Shown piece after piece: positions 1 through 11,143 of a stretch of 64,000 bases of DNA. The stretch lies in assembly GCA_964252035.1 (NCBI GenBank), contig OZ176201.1; one strand, written 5' to 3'. The notes under the pieces were generated by a model. It saw nothing but the letters and a program-made list of their open reading frames with translations, was not told where the DNA came from and searched no databases. Origin of the DNA: Podarcis erhardii (lineage: Eukaryota). Position 1 is the first letter of the stretch. Each line of letters opens with the position of its first letter. The translations under genes were made by a program, and so were the position numbers.

Positions 1-59
1 AACTTGCGTATGTCTTTTGACCACCTTTCAAATTAACTTTTAGCGTCCTGCACGGGACT

Positions 60-600
60 AGATGACCCTTGGGGGGGGGGTCCCTTCCACTTCTACAAGT
101 CAGCGGTTCTGTGAGCCCGAGGAGGGCAGAGCTCGGGTTCAAATAGCCCGCGCGCTCCAGCCGGCAGGTCCCGCTCCCCCGCGGCCTCACCTGCTGGACT
201 TGGAAGACGTTGCAGAAGCAGCACCTCAGCACCTGAAACTGCTGAGCCATCAGGGACACTGCTCTCAGTCAGCGCAGCTTCTTCACTCGCAAGGGAGAGA
301 AAAACACACACCTTCCATCTCTCCCAGGGGGCGAGTGGGACTGGCAAGCGCCGCCTCAGCAGCCCACTTCCCGCTTAGGCTCCCCTTAAGCCCAAACATT
401 TGGCGGGAAATGGCGCGCGATGCGCAGATAGGTTCCTCCCTCCCCCCATTTCCTACGGCTTTTCATTGGCCTCGTGCATGATCTAATTGGGATGGGCGGG
501 GACGAGGTTCCTCCATTAACTAAGGGCTCCCCTCGAGAGGCAGAGTTGTTTTGCCCGCGGAGTGAATTTCCTGGTTATCTTTGAACCCTCCTGCGGCGTT
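60..600 (-). promoter_or_regulatory. CpG-island promoter of MRNIP with E2F, CCAAT and GC-box motifs
   Basis: The region is GC/CpG-rich. It carries TTTCCCGCCAAA (399-410, minus), TTCCCGC (368-374), TGGCGCGCG (411-419), two minus-strand CCAAT boxes (about 465-469 and 486-490) and GGGCGGGG (about 494-501). Confidence 0.7.
191..250 (-). CDS. MRNIP: MRN complex-interacting protein (C5orf45), first coding exon; rest of gene lies left of the window
   Basis: Reads ATG GCT CAG CAG TTT CAG GTG CTG AGG TGC TGC TTC TGC AAC GTC TTC CAA GTC CAG CAG|GTGAGG = MAQQFQVLRCCFCNVFQVQQ. This resembles the MRNIP N-terminus (VLRCCxC..FQ..Q) and ends at a phase-0 donor. It is syntenic with TBC1D9B-RNF130. Confidence 0.88.
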
Positions 601-667
601 TGTGGGGTGATAAAAAGCAAAACAGCTGTGTGCAGGAGGCAGCGAGAAATCCAGGATTAATTAAGTA

Positions 668-706
668 GTAATGAAGAGTCGGACACGACTAATCGACTGA
701 ACAAAA
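668..706 (+). mobile_element. BovB/RTE 3'-tail remnant
   Basis: GAAGAGTCGGACACGACTAATCGACTGAACAA matches the characteristic BovB 3' terminus. Confidence 0.6.
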
Positions 707-1236
707 ATGAGTATTATTATCCCCATTTTACGGGTGGCAGGGATGAGGCTGAGAGATGGGGTGGGTCAGGAGGCTAAGAGTGGCTTATGACAATTATCCT
801 TCCTGTAGAGTTTATTCCCAGGTAGCCGGGTCCCACGTTTTCCCCATTCCCCTCCAGTTTATCAGAGCAACTGATTTCATGCATCCTTTTTACTTTGTTT
901 ATATGCCATCTAGTGGGCAGACTGAAGATTTGACATTTCTTTACATCTCAGTTTGTGAGGCTGGCACTATTTCTGTAAGATCTCTGCTTTATGGGCTTAC
1001 ATATGTTCATTACTGTACATCTGATGAATGGTAGCTGCATGTATCAGCTGGTTCTGCTGAAACTTTTTGCATTTGAGATGGTACCAAAATGTTATGTCTA
1101 GTGGCCCATTTCTGCAGTAAACTCATCACTTGATGCTGCAGTCATCAAGTGAAGGGATGCGTGTAGTAGCTAGTTACAAGCAATTCCTAGAGTCAAGATG
1201 ATTCAATGCCATTAAACATACTCAAGGTCTTCATTA

Positions 1237-1362
1237 CAGTGCTATTTTTCTAGAAAAAGAGGTGCCAAAACTCAACATGAAAACCTCCCTCATCCTCTTA
1301 TAATGGCAATGGCACCCAATTGAGTGATGCCGGAACTGAGTTCCAGTTGAAAAAAAGCCCTG
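1237..1362. mobile_element. hAT-type non-autonomous element (MITE)
   Basis: Termini CAGTGCTATTTTT ... AAAAAAAGCCCTG are flanked by an 8-bp near-perfect TSD, CTTCATTA / CTTCAATA. Confidence 0.75.
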
Positions 1363-1579
1363 CTTCAATAGCTTGCAAGTTTTATTTCTACACACACAAG
1401 AAAACTTCAAAATTGCTTGTGTCCCCTGATCACATGGCTATTCATTTCACGTATTCTTCCCAAAGGCCATTGTTATGCATATGAAAAAAAGAGGAACTGT
1501 GGAAGAGAACAGACATTTAAAAAAAATGGTCCTGAAGTTGAAATAAAGGAAAAAGAAGTCTTATTTGTGATTCTGTTCA

Positions 1580-1585
1580 TTTATT
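1580..1585 (-). terminator. Likely TBC1D9B polyadenylation signal (3' UTR about 1.77 kb)
   Basis: AATAAA on the minus strand, followed by a U-rich downstream element (GACTTCTTTTTCCTTTATTT). Confidence 0.55.
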
Positions 1586-3337
1586 GAATACATGATTGAT
1601 CAGACAAAAACCAATGTAAAATCACATGTATTTGTTTTTTTAAAAAAATTACAATAAATTACTGAATTAGTAAAAGCTCTCCAGGTGCATGGCTAAGAAG
1701 ACAGTCTTAAAACAAATACTGGTTGTGAATACATACAGAGTACGCCACAAAATTGTAGTAACACTGGGTATTGCACCATGTGGTGTATTCCTTGTATATT
1801 CCAAGGTCACTCTTGCTCTTTCTGAACTGCCAGTATGTTCCATATTCATCACTGGTCCAACAACAGCCACACACTAGCATTCACACTGTTTCAATGGTGC
1901 TCATATGACTGAGTAAAATAATTATGCAATGAGATGAGCAGGTATACAAATATAAACAAATATAATAGTGCTTCTTTAGAGTGAATGCCTTCCCATAGGG
2001 AAGTTATCAATCCCAAAATGGAGCTCCAGTTTTCCTCAGGCCTACAACTGATTCTCAGAGCACAGATCTCATAACCACACTCTATGCCGCCGGAAAAGAA
2101 GGTTGCCTAAACACCACACAACATTATAAAGTAGGTAACAGACACTGTTTGGAGGGTACAACCAGCAAGATTCCTATGGTGTAGAACTTCTGGACCAGCA
2201 TGTAGCCAGTAGGTTACTTGGTTCAGATAAACTGGACTAATCTCTGCTTTCTGCTTAGTCCTAAACTGTGTACACACTTGCATTACTTGAGCCCAGCACA
2301 CACACAAAAGCAATAGATCCACTTTCCACCATGGTGAGAAACAGATCAGATAAGCAGCCTGTACAGTGATGCAAGTCTTTTATGATAACTAGCTTACTGG
2401 TGTAGGGGCTTAGATCTTCCATGTTATTATTAACTTCTTTAAACCCCACATTTCTGAGCCCTTGTACCATCAAAAATTATGAAGTAAACACTCTAATGCC
2501 CCAAAGCACCGAGAATTCCGTTCTTATCAGTATCTTGCAATTCTCAGGATTTCTGCATTCACTTCGCCCTCTCCAGTCTCCATAGCTTTTTACAATTCTC
2601 AGTGCTGCTTTTTCCCCCCTCAGGGAAATTAAAACAACAAAAAACAAAAAAATTACATGGCACTGAAGAGTTAAAATTGGGCTAAAACATATTAATATGC
2701 ATCTTTCTTGGGCAGTGTTGAAAACCACATGCTACCGTGATGGTATATCATCTGGGATAGAAACCAGCTGTCCCAAGACACTGGTACATTCTAGCGGCAG
2801 GATGCCAGGCGTAACAGAGCATAACATCCTTTACCTCTGACTAGTTACTGCGTAGCTTCTAGGTTCCTAACAAGGCTCTCTCAGGCAGGCTGGGGATCTC
2901 TACAGCATTTTGATACATGGCGTTAAGGTCACAGGGAGGCAGCCAAAGATACAGAGGAAGGAATTCAAGCTAGGCTGCATTTCTTGTGAGCAACTACCAA
3001 GGAACCTAAAGCAATAGTGTGACTGAAATCAAGCTTCATTAAAGAAAGATAGGCAGAGGCACACATGCATAATTTACCATAGTAATTCTAGGCCACAGAG
3101 GCTATTAGGTTCTAATGGCTTTCATGCTTTTGAGAATGTAATGTAAGCACAGCAAGCAAGGTGTCCTCCAGGGAGGTATCTATACCAAAGAGTCATTGTG
3201 ATAAGTCCCTTACTCAGCTGAAGTGACTTTAATTGTTGGGTAGCTGTAGGTGTTGGTAAAAAACAAAAAACAAGTGTCCAGCTATCTGCCAGGTTTCTAG
3301 TTCTCCTGCCTCTATTATTTACATCTATCTCTTGAGT

Positions 3338-4030
3338 TCAGCCTGATACTGAGGTAAGTTCATAATCACTGGATGCACTGAACTGCCTCTCCACTTTCTT
3401 TTGTTCCTTGATCTTCTGTGCAACGTCAACTTTCTTCTCAAAGTAGTTTACCAGTACTGTCTCTGTAAGCATGGAGGCCAAGATCTGTTCAAAGGAAATG
3501 GACCAGTCTGTGTCAATGGTACTGCCATATCGCGCAGCTGAACTGCCAGCCTCACAACCGACCAGCACTGTGTCGTCTGCAATATCTTCGCACTGCAGAG
3601 AGCCTGTGCTGACCATGGAGTATGAAGACATGGACATATCGTCTTTAGTTTCATCATCTGAAAACAGCTGTATTGGAGATCCTGGACCCTCACCACCTCC
3701 ATCTACCAAAACCTGGTTTTCCTGTTGCTGTTTCTCAACCTGAATGTCTCCAGAAGCTTTTTCTTCTGGAGTAGCTTGGGAATACTGCTCCACAGTTGAA
3801 TTCTGACTCTGGTCAGATGTTGGAGACTCTTCTTCACTTACTGGGTCCTGAACGCTGTTTGCTTTTAAGTCATCAGCTTTCTTAGCAGGCTGGTGGGAGA
3901 ACTTTTTGCCTACCTCCCCAATGCGCAGGAGAAGGCTGGCAACAGTGGCAATAGCATGGTACAGCTCTTGCTCCACGGGGTCTTCACTGAACATATTGTA
4001 AAGGGTCTTGCAGAGCTCTATAAATTGCTC
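3338..4030 (-). CDS. TBC1D9B: TBC1D9B exon 22 (terminal): EQFIELCKTLYNMF...YELTSVSG*
   Basis: Acceptor TTTTCAAG|GAG; 693 nt to TGA; part of ORF 3338..4051. Confidence 0.96.
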   Translation of the reverse strand, partial: EQFIELCKTLYNMFSEDPVEQELYHAIATVASLLLRIGEVGKKFSHQPAKKADDLKANSVQDPVSEEESPTSDQSQNSTVEQYSQATPEEKASGDIQVEKQQQENQVLVDGGGEGPGSPIQLFSDDETKDDMSMSSYSMVSTGSLQCEDIADDTVLVGCEAGSSAARYGSTIDTDWSISFEQILASMLTETVLVNYFEKKVDVAQKIKEQKKVERQFSASSDYELTSVSG

Positions 4031-4821
4031 CTTGAAAAGAGACAGATGCACATTATAACAACTGCTTAGAGTTTAGGTGCAAAATATTCAAACTGACAAT
4101 GCTGCAAAACAACAAGCTTACCAGTCACAAATTCAAATAAACGTTTTTTTTTATCATCTCAAGCTAGCAATCATGCTGACAACACAGAAAATGTTGCAAA
4201 ATGTAATGCATTTCCACTTGAGATGTGCACTAATGTTTCATATATGAAAACTGAATGCAAAGAACCAAAATTAGCTGTCTTTTAAATGTTACCAAGTTAA
4301 CTTGGCTAAACTCCACATTTCTAAGGGTTGGGAAAATCCCATTTCCACCCGTCTGCTCATGAAGAGGTGTAATGACAGTAGCAGACAATTCCTCCTTGGA
4401 TGGTGCTGAGGAAGGCAGAAAATGAAATGCAGGCCCCCAGCCACCCCACCCTCTTTCTTTCCCTAGAATGTCCCTGAGCTCCACCACCCAGAGACATTTC
4501 TCTCAGCAAAAGGGGATGGTGATACCAAGAGCTCCCTGTCTTGGCCAAAGCAGACATGGTCTTCTTCTCTGCTTCTTTGCATTTTATCCTCCTCCAGCAA
4601 TCAGCCACATAGCACTGGCTTGGCTAAATCAGAGAACACAACCCTTCATGAGGATGTCACCCATGCCAGTCTTAGAACAGCTCTCCTTTATTGCCTGGTA
4701 AAATATAGTACAATGATAAAACCACCACCCCTACTGGGTCATTCAGTATCTTAAATCTAGGCAAATACTATTTCAAAAATTCATCTTAAAAAGCATAACA
4801 GATCTTAAAATAAATTCCTAC

Positions 4822-4928
4822 CTGACTCATTTTAGGAAGATCTTTGATAGTTTCTTTTTTGGAATCTTTTTCCTTGGCCCAAATTCGCAGGTGATATCTG
4901 TAATCTTGGGGACTGGTGCCCTTTTCCT
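4822..4928 (-). CDS. TBC1D9B: TBC1D9B exon 21: EEKGTSPQDYRYHLRIWAKEKDSKKETIKDLPKMSQ
   Basis: CAG|AG ... CAG|GTAGGA; 107 nt; phase 1 to 0. Confidence 0.95.
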
Positions 4929-5297
4929 CTGAAAGGAAAACCAAATCAGCATAAACAATGCAAAACTGTATGATGATGCATTTTATTGACTTCAGTAACC
5001 TTGACATAGATTTTGATATTTATTTTATTTATTTTTAAACTTTCTGCCATAATATGCTGCTTCAAACTGGCAGCAATAAGTAAAAGTTCTGCTGAGGCCT
5101 GGAACACACAGCAAACATAACAAAACTGTTGAAAGGACTATTAAGATGTTGGTTTAATCAAGACATTTTATTCTATGTTAAAGGGAAATGTTAAAACTAG
5201 GAAACGAACCAGGCTGAGGTTCTGGGGCGAGATAATTTATGAGTCACAGTAAGGAAATGTTGGGATACGTCAGCCATTACAAATAATAATTAATTAC

Positions 5298-5351
5298 CTT
5301 GGTCTTTGGAGTTCCCATCTCTTGGTGCTTTCTCTTCCTGCATAGCTGCTT
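5298..5351 (-). CDS. TBC1D9B: TBC1D9B exon 20: EAAMQEEKAPRDGNSKDQ
   Basis: TTTTATTAG|AA ... CAA G|GTAATT; 54 nt; phase 1 to 1. It occupies the position of the variable acidic linker exon. Confidence 0.8.
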
Positions 5352-5416
5352 CTAATAAAACAGACAATACAGTAGCAACTACTTTAAGAGAAGTACATGA
5401 AACAAAAGATAGCAAA

Positions 5417-5555
5417 ATCATAGAACTGTAGAGTTGGAAAGGACCACGGAGGTGATCTAGTGCAACCCCTGCAGGAATCTTTGGCCCAACATGGGGCTCG
5501 AACCCACAACCTTGAGATTAAGAGCCTCATGCACTACTGACTAAGTTATTCCAGC
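5417..5555 (-). mobile_element. SINE with tRNA-Lys(CTT)-derived head and CR1-derived 3' tail
   Basis: The head is ...GCATGAGGCTCTTAATCTCAAGGTTGTGGGTTCGAGCCCCATGTTGGGC (B box GGTTCGAGCCC). The tail is CTAGATCACCTCCGTGGTCCTTTCCAACTCTACAGTTCTATGAT. Confidence 0.8.
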
Positions 5556-6659
5556 AGGATACCAAACACACTGAATGATATATAACAAAGCTAAGGGTGC
5601 ATCCATAATTTGAGCAATGGCTCTGTTGTGTGTAGACATTGGACACTCATTGTGTTTTATATAGATGCACAGCCTTTTCTTATAGATCAACCTCAGAAGA
5701 AACCAGCAGCATGTTTATCACAGAACCAAGATGCACAAAGTGCTGATTGGCCAGAAAATTGTGAAGTCATTTTCCTTAGCCCTCAAATCAATTTTTCAAG
5801 TTTAAAAACCAATCCTACTTTAAAAACAACAACGAAAAAACAAAATGAAAAGGGGAGATGAACATACATTAAATTGAATAAATGTCAAACTAGTGTTTTA
5901 AAAATAAAGTTTTAAATAAGGTAAACAGCATGACTGAGGCATTTGAATAAGCTTTCAAATTATTGACCAATATGTCTGCCAGCTGGGGAAAAACCTCCCA
6001 ATGAATTCTAATTTACACACCCAAACACCTTTGATCCTGTACTGCTGGGGGGGGGGGGAGGGAGGAAGCAATTGATGGTAAAAACATATGCTCAAACAAA
6101 CAAAATATTTTATTTTAAAATATTTCAGTTTAACTCATCTGCAATGGTAGAAATCTGACATAAAATGTCATAAGAATATATCAGTTATTTGGAGCTAGCA
6201 GCAACATGGTTTTTTAATTTAGAAAATGACTACAGTGAGACACAACAGACTACTGGATTGTACAGTTATAAAATATGTGGAGTCAGTGTGAATTAAGAGA
6301 AATTTGTTTCTCTGTTCCTCCAACTACTGGAACTAAAGGTTAAATGAAATTCGTTGATAACTTGCTAAGGGCAAATAAAGTTAATATTTCTGCACATAAA
6401 ACACAATAACTTGAGATTCATGGCCATAAGATGATACTCACTGCTTAATATGTTAGAAAAAATAGGAAAAAAGATAACCAGTGCTATAGATAAACAACTT
6501 CATTTGAGGAATGAATTTTAATTATCAGACATTGTGCCTTTTCTAGGTCAAAAATCTGTGCAGTGAATGTGGTATATATGGAGTTAGAGGAACTGATCAT
6601 AGATTAAGAAAATAAAGCACGCTTGCTATGGTGACAGCTAGGTAGCTTAATCTATGATA

Positions 6660-7190
6660 TCTATCTATCTATCTATTTGAAATTATAAACTATTAATCAA
6701 AAAATCCTTAAGCAGTATACATAAAACAATCATCAATATACAAATAAAAGCAGCAAAATTTAAAAACAAGTATGCATAACTAAATCATATGTCTGGATAG
6801 GCTTCCTAAACTATTTTTTAAAGGCATCTGAAACAATATGTGGGTGCCTGCCTAATGTTAACAGGGGGTGAGTTCTATAGCACAGACCACAGCCAAGTGG
6901 TCAAACATGTAAGGAAAGGACAAGGAGATCTTCAAATAAAGGGTTGCCAAAGCTCTTAAGGCCTCTGTATGCCAATAAAATTAAGACCTTGATTTTGGTC
7001 TGGTAGCAAATTGACAGCCAGTGCTGAACTTTGAGTAGATGATCTCACTCTGTCAGCAATTATGCTGCAGTATTCTGCACTAATTGCAGCTTCTAGACCA
7101 GCTGGAAGGGGAGCCCCACACAAAGTGCACTGCAGTAATCCAATCTTGAAGTTAACAATGCTAAACAACCACTGACAAAGCTTGACTCAG
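6660..7190 (-). mobile_element. Old L2 LINE 3' fragment
   Basis: The minus strand gives degenerate TSRLDYCSALCVGLPFQLV*KLQLVQNTAA*LL, followed by an L2-type 3' UTR and an AT-rich tail. Confidence 0.75.
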
Positions 7191-7434
7191 AAGAACCCCC
7201 CAGACTGTGTACCAGACTGCTCCTTCACGTGGCGTCTAACACCGTGCAGCACAGGCAACTGGTTGATTTATTGGACACTTGAACGACTCACCTATAGAGC
7301 ATCCACTCTGCTGCCACGCATTGAAGAGCAGCACTAAAGCAATTCCATTTTATATGAGCTTTCACTCACACAGTAGGCAGGTAAATTTTAGTACATCAAT
7401 AGTGGCCCACCTTTGCAAGGGCGGGCAGACTAAC

Positions 7435-7485
7435 CTTGAGAATCACAATGCAGGAAGAGATCCAGTTCTGAGACAAAGGGAGATA
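7435..7485 (-). CDS. TBC1D9B: TBC1D9B exon 19, 51-nt cassette exon: VSPFVSELDLFLHCDSQ
   Basis: A long pyrimidine tract precedes CTCTAG|TA ... CAA G|GTTAGT; phase 1 to 1. It resembles the human alternative segment ASPLASDLDLFLPWEAQ. Confidence 0.88.
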
Positions 7486-7844
7486 CTAGAGAAGCAAAGA
7501 GAAGAGAGAGAGAAAGAAAAAAGAGAGGAGGGGGGTTGAGGTCAGGGAATAAATTCAAGATAGAACGAGAGAGAGTTAAAATACAGAGCAACATAAACAA
7601 GTGGGGAAAACAAAAATGGAAACAAGATTTGAGCAACAGCCTGGGCAGAAAAAGCCATCTGATAAGTGGTTTTAGTCTTCCTTAGTAGCAGCCAGTCAGT
7701 GCTTCATATAAAAGGAGAACATCTCTTCACAGTCCTCAACAGAGGCTAAAGCATTTCATTGACACAATCCTGCTTAGAGGAATAGCTAAGAAAGCCACCA
7801 TTGAGTATTCATTCCTACAATCAGATGAGACCAATCCCTGTTAC

Positions 7845-7916
7845 CTTCTGTAACATTATCTTCTGTGAAGTAACGTGCGGCCTCCAGAGCAGACTCTGCT
7901 TCCTCTGGGCTCAGAG
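7845..7916 (-). CDS. TBC1D9B: TBC1D9B exon 18: ALSPEEAESALEAARYFTEDNVTE
   Basis: ACAG|CT ... GAA G|GTAACA; 72 nt. Confidence 0.95.
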
Positions 7917-8205
7917 CTGTACAAAGAAAGAAAAGTATAAAGCCATGCCTTTTTATTTCTTTTATTTATTCCCTGTTTTATTTGAAGAATTTAAGGTAGC
8001 TTACAAACAATAAAAAGCCTAAGCTAGCCTTGGGCTTGTGTGCTTCCCCACTCCACTCCAGCGTGGCCACAATGAGGAGACTCAAAGCTTTTACATCCAT
8101 TTTTCACAAACTACAGTTAGCTGTATGTCTGAACCTAAAACTGTGGTTGTATGAACTAGCCATCTTCAAGCCATGTTTTATGAAAAAAGCTTTTTCCTGG
8201 ACTAT

Positions 8206-8561
8206 GGGACGTGGGTGGCACTATGGGTTGAACCACAGAGCCTAGGACTTGCCGATCTGAAGGTCGGCGGTTCGAATCCCCGTGACGGGGTGAGCTCCCG
8301 TTGCTCAGTCCCAGCTCCTGCCAACCTAGCAGTTCGAAAGCATGTCAAAGTGCAAGTAGATAAATAGGTACCGCTCCAGTGGGAAGGTAAACGGCATTTC
8401 TGTGCGCTGCTCTGGTTCGCCAGAAGCGGCTTAGTCATGCTGGCCACATGACCTGGAAGCTGTACGCTGGCTCCCTTGGCCAATAAAGCGAGATGAGCGC
8501 TGCAACCCCAGAGTCGGCCATGAATGGACCTAATGGTCAGGGGTCCCTTTACCTTTACCTT
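8206..8561 (+). mobile_element. Sauria SINE (lacertid POM-type), full length
   Basis: tRNA-like head GGGACGTGGGTGGC...GGTTCGAATCCC, conserved body, (ACCTTT)n tail. Confidence 0.92.
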
Positions 8562-9268
8562 AGGTTTGGACTTAACAGCAAAATGTGATTTAATGCTTGA
8601 GAAGCTCATGTATGCAATGACAGACTATTGTTTATCGTTAAATTCAAATCTGACCTGTGCTATATATGGACACAAGTATTCAAGTTCTTCAATAGGCAGA
8701 TTAACATGATAGCAATTTCTAAATAATATTCAGGTCACCTTTTCTGCTCTACTCATTTCAGTAAGCCCAACCCAAGTTTCTTAAAGACAGGAGAAGAGAT
8801 GACACATACAGGAAGAGCTGCAATGAAGAATCACAGAGAGAATCTCCCAAAGCACTGGCCCAAACTTAAAAGGCTACTCAGATAAGCCACTGAACTGGCA
8901 CAGGGAGAAGTGTACATAGTGAGAAGTGTACTGGCGCAGGGAGGTGTACTCCGCGTGACCCCCAAACTCTTGGGCCAGATATTAATTTCATTGATTAAAC
9001 CACACCAGTGAAGTGAATTAAAAACTTTAGCTCTTGTAAGTTATTTTAAAATCATTTCTCAATGTAGCTGAAGGAGCTGGTCATGATAAACCAGAATTAC
9101 ATTTCCAATTGGTATAGACTGACACCTTAGGAAAATGAAACCTCAGTGAACACAGAATACTGAACGCTTACCAAGACATAATGTATTTGAAAGAACCTAT
9201 TACCAACTTTAACAGGTTGCAGCATTCAGGTACCACCAATGTACATTTGAAAGAAATAAGTGGTTCAC

Positions 9269-9334
9269 CTGGAGGTAGGTGTAGTTTGTAAAGAAGTTTT
9301 AGCTTCTCAGTCAGATCACCATGATACATTCCAC
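9269..9334 (-). CDS. TBC1D9B: TBC1D9B exon 17: SGMYHGDLTEKLKLLYKLHLPP
   Basis: TAG|GT ... CCA G|GTGAAC; 66 nt. Confidence 0.95.
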
Positions 9335-9514
9335 CTATTAGGAATAGGGAGGAAGGGAAAATAAATTTAGCATTAGAAGACACTTCAAAAAAATTCTGAA
9401 AAGGTTATTATGCTTGATATCTGCCTGATATGCAGACATTTAGCAAGTGAAGCTTTCCCATATCCACACTGAAATTTTTGTATGCCATCACAGAGCTTGT
9501 TTATGTTTCCCCTC

Positions 9515-9640
9515 TCAACAGCCTTGTGAGGTAGGTCACACTATTCTAATTTAGAGATGGAGAGCTGAAGATCATAGCTATTGACTTGGCCAAGGTCAAA
9601 CAGTGAATACATGGCAAATGTAAGATTCAAGTCAGGCTTC
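9515..9640 (+). mobile_element. MIR/CORE-SINE-like remnant
   Basis: CAACAGCCTTGTGAGGTAGG...TTAGAGATGGAGAGCTGAAG...GACTTGGCCAAGGTCA resembles the MIR core. Confidence 0.5.
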
Positions 9641-9954
9641 ACAACCAAACCACACTGGTTCGAACATCTATCTATAGATCCTACACAAGCCATTAGAAGC
9701 TTTATCTGCTAATTTGGAGTAGAATGTGGCACTAGGAGAACTACCATTTATATTTCTCACCCTACATCACAGAGTGGGGGAATGAATTGGCCTAATAATG
9801 AGAAAACATTTCAACCACAAACATATTATGAGGAAATCATTCAAATATGCAGCTGCATCATTCTCTCACAATTGACCAGCAGATAGGAGAAGCAGGGAGG
9901 AGGCAAGAATTTATGATTCAGCAGTACATTGAATCTTTTATATAAGCCACTCAC

Positions 9955-10192
9955 TCATCCCTGTTGCAAACTCCTTGAAGTTAATTAGTGCATCTTTGTT
10001 CTCATCCAACAGTCGGAACATTCTTTCTGCTAGCACTGGTGTGTGGAGGCCACAAGACCAAGGAGTAAGGGATGCAAACAACTCCTTGAACTGCTCCATG
10101 TTAATGCGGTACTGCTCTAAGTAGGGCAGGCTCTGGTCTCGCTGGGCAGATACAGTGTGATTTCCCCAATAACAGCTCATTAGGTGTTTTGC
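9955..10192 (-). CDS. TBC1D9B: TBC1D9B exon 16 (EF-hand loop DENKDALINFKE)
   Basis: CAG|GCA ... ATG A|GTGAGT; 238 nt. Confidence 0.96.
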
Positions 10193-11074
10193 CTGTGAAG
10201 GGAAGGTAGTACTATAATTATTGTGGTTGGACAATAATTACATTTTCAAAACTTCCATCTTGAAGCCAACCCAAACCCATAGGTGATGGTGGGGAAACCT
10301 GTGAGCTGAACACCAACACCATTTTACATTTTTCAGGCTTGGAAATAACGTTTAATCAACTGCAACAGGCAGAAAAGATACTACGGTACATCTAAAGGTT
10401 AATCATAACAGTAAGATGGAGGTAGTGGTTCTCAGCAGATGTGGCTGAGCTACAGCTCCTATTGTCCCTGAGGATTGGCCATCCTGGCTGGGGCTGGTGG
10501 GAGTCCAAACACATTTGGAGGGTGCCACTTTGACTGCCCCTGCAATAAGCAACACCACCAACTTGAGATGCAGATTCAGGTAGAAATGTTAATGTGAATG
10601 AAAGGTATGGAAATAAATGGCATTTGCTTCTGCAGTTCTATAGCCCTTTAAACTTTCAATGAATGCTTGCATCAGTTGGAAGAATTCCACTTAAATCTGT
10701 TCAACAAGTAGATAAGTGAAATTAGATTCTTACTTCTCAACTGCAGTGGCAGAGGCTACAGTGGGTTCAGCCAAAGAAACTGAATGTATTCATTAAGCTT
10801 GGAACAGCAGAGTACAAGTTAACAGATAATGCTGTTACTAATAATTCTGGTTCTGCTCTCATGCTGCAGTCGCAAGGATGCTCAGTAGGGAATAAATCCC
10901 ACTGAAATCGGTGGGCGTTATATATGAGAAAACATGCCAAGATTACACTGTACGTTGGTAAATAAAATACACTAAGGATTACTATGGAGCAAGTCCCAGT
11001 GAAATTTCTTCTGAGCAAACATGTTTATGATTATGCTGTATATTGTTAAATAAGCTTTTCTGCAGGGTTCCTAC

Positions 11075-11143
11075 CTTAAATACTACATAGAGGTCTTCTA
11101 ATTCTTGCATAGAAAAACCAATGTCACCAGATATAGCTCGGAC
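11075..11143 (-). CDS. TBC1D9B: TBC1D9B exon 15: VRAISGDIGFSMQELEDLYVVFK
   Basis: CTGTAG|GTC ... AAG|GTAGGA; 69 nt. Confidence 0.94.

Noticed and set aside
62-481. 139-aa plus-strand ORF and 84-aa minus-strand ORF over the MRNIP CpG island
   Set aside because: GC-rich DNA is stop-poor. The real coding signal is the 60-nt MRNIP exon in another frame.
2852-3014. Imperfect 14-bp inverted repeat in the TBC1D9B 3' UTR
   Set aside because: Pairing does not extend inward, and it is too weak to separate from chance by eye.
4230-4701. Three 77-85 aa ORFs and acceptor-like sites in the last TBC1D9B intron
   Set aside because: There is no convincing donor in a compatible phase and no recognisable homology.
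5480-5555. tRNA-Lys-like sequence
   Set aside because: The acceptor and D stems are degenerate and it is fused to a CR1 tail. It is a SINE head, not a tRNA gene.
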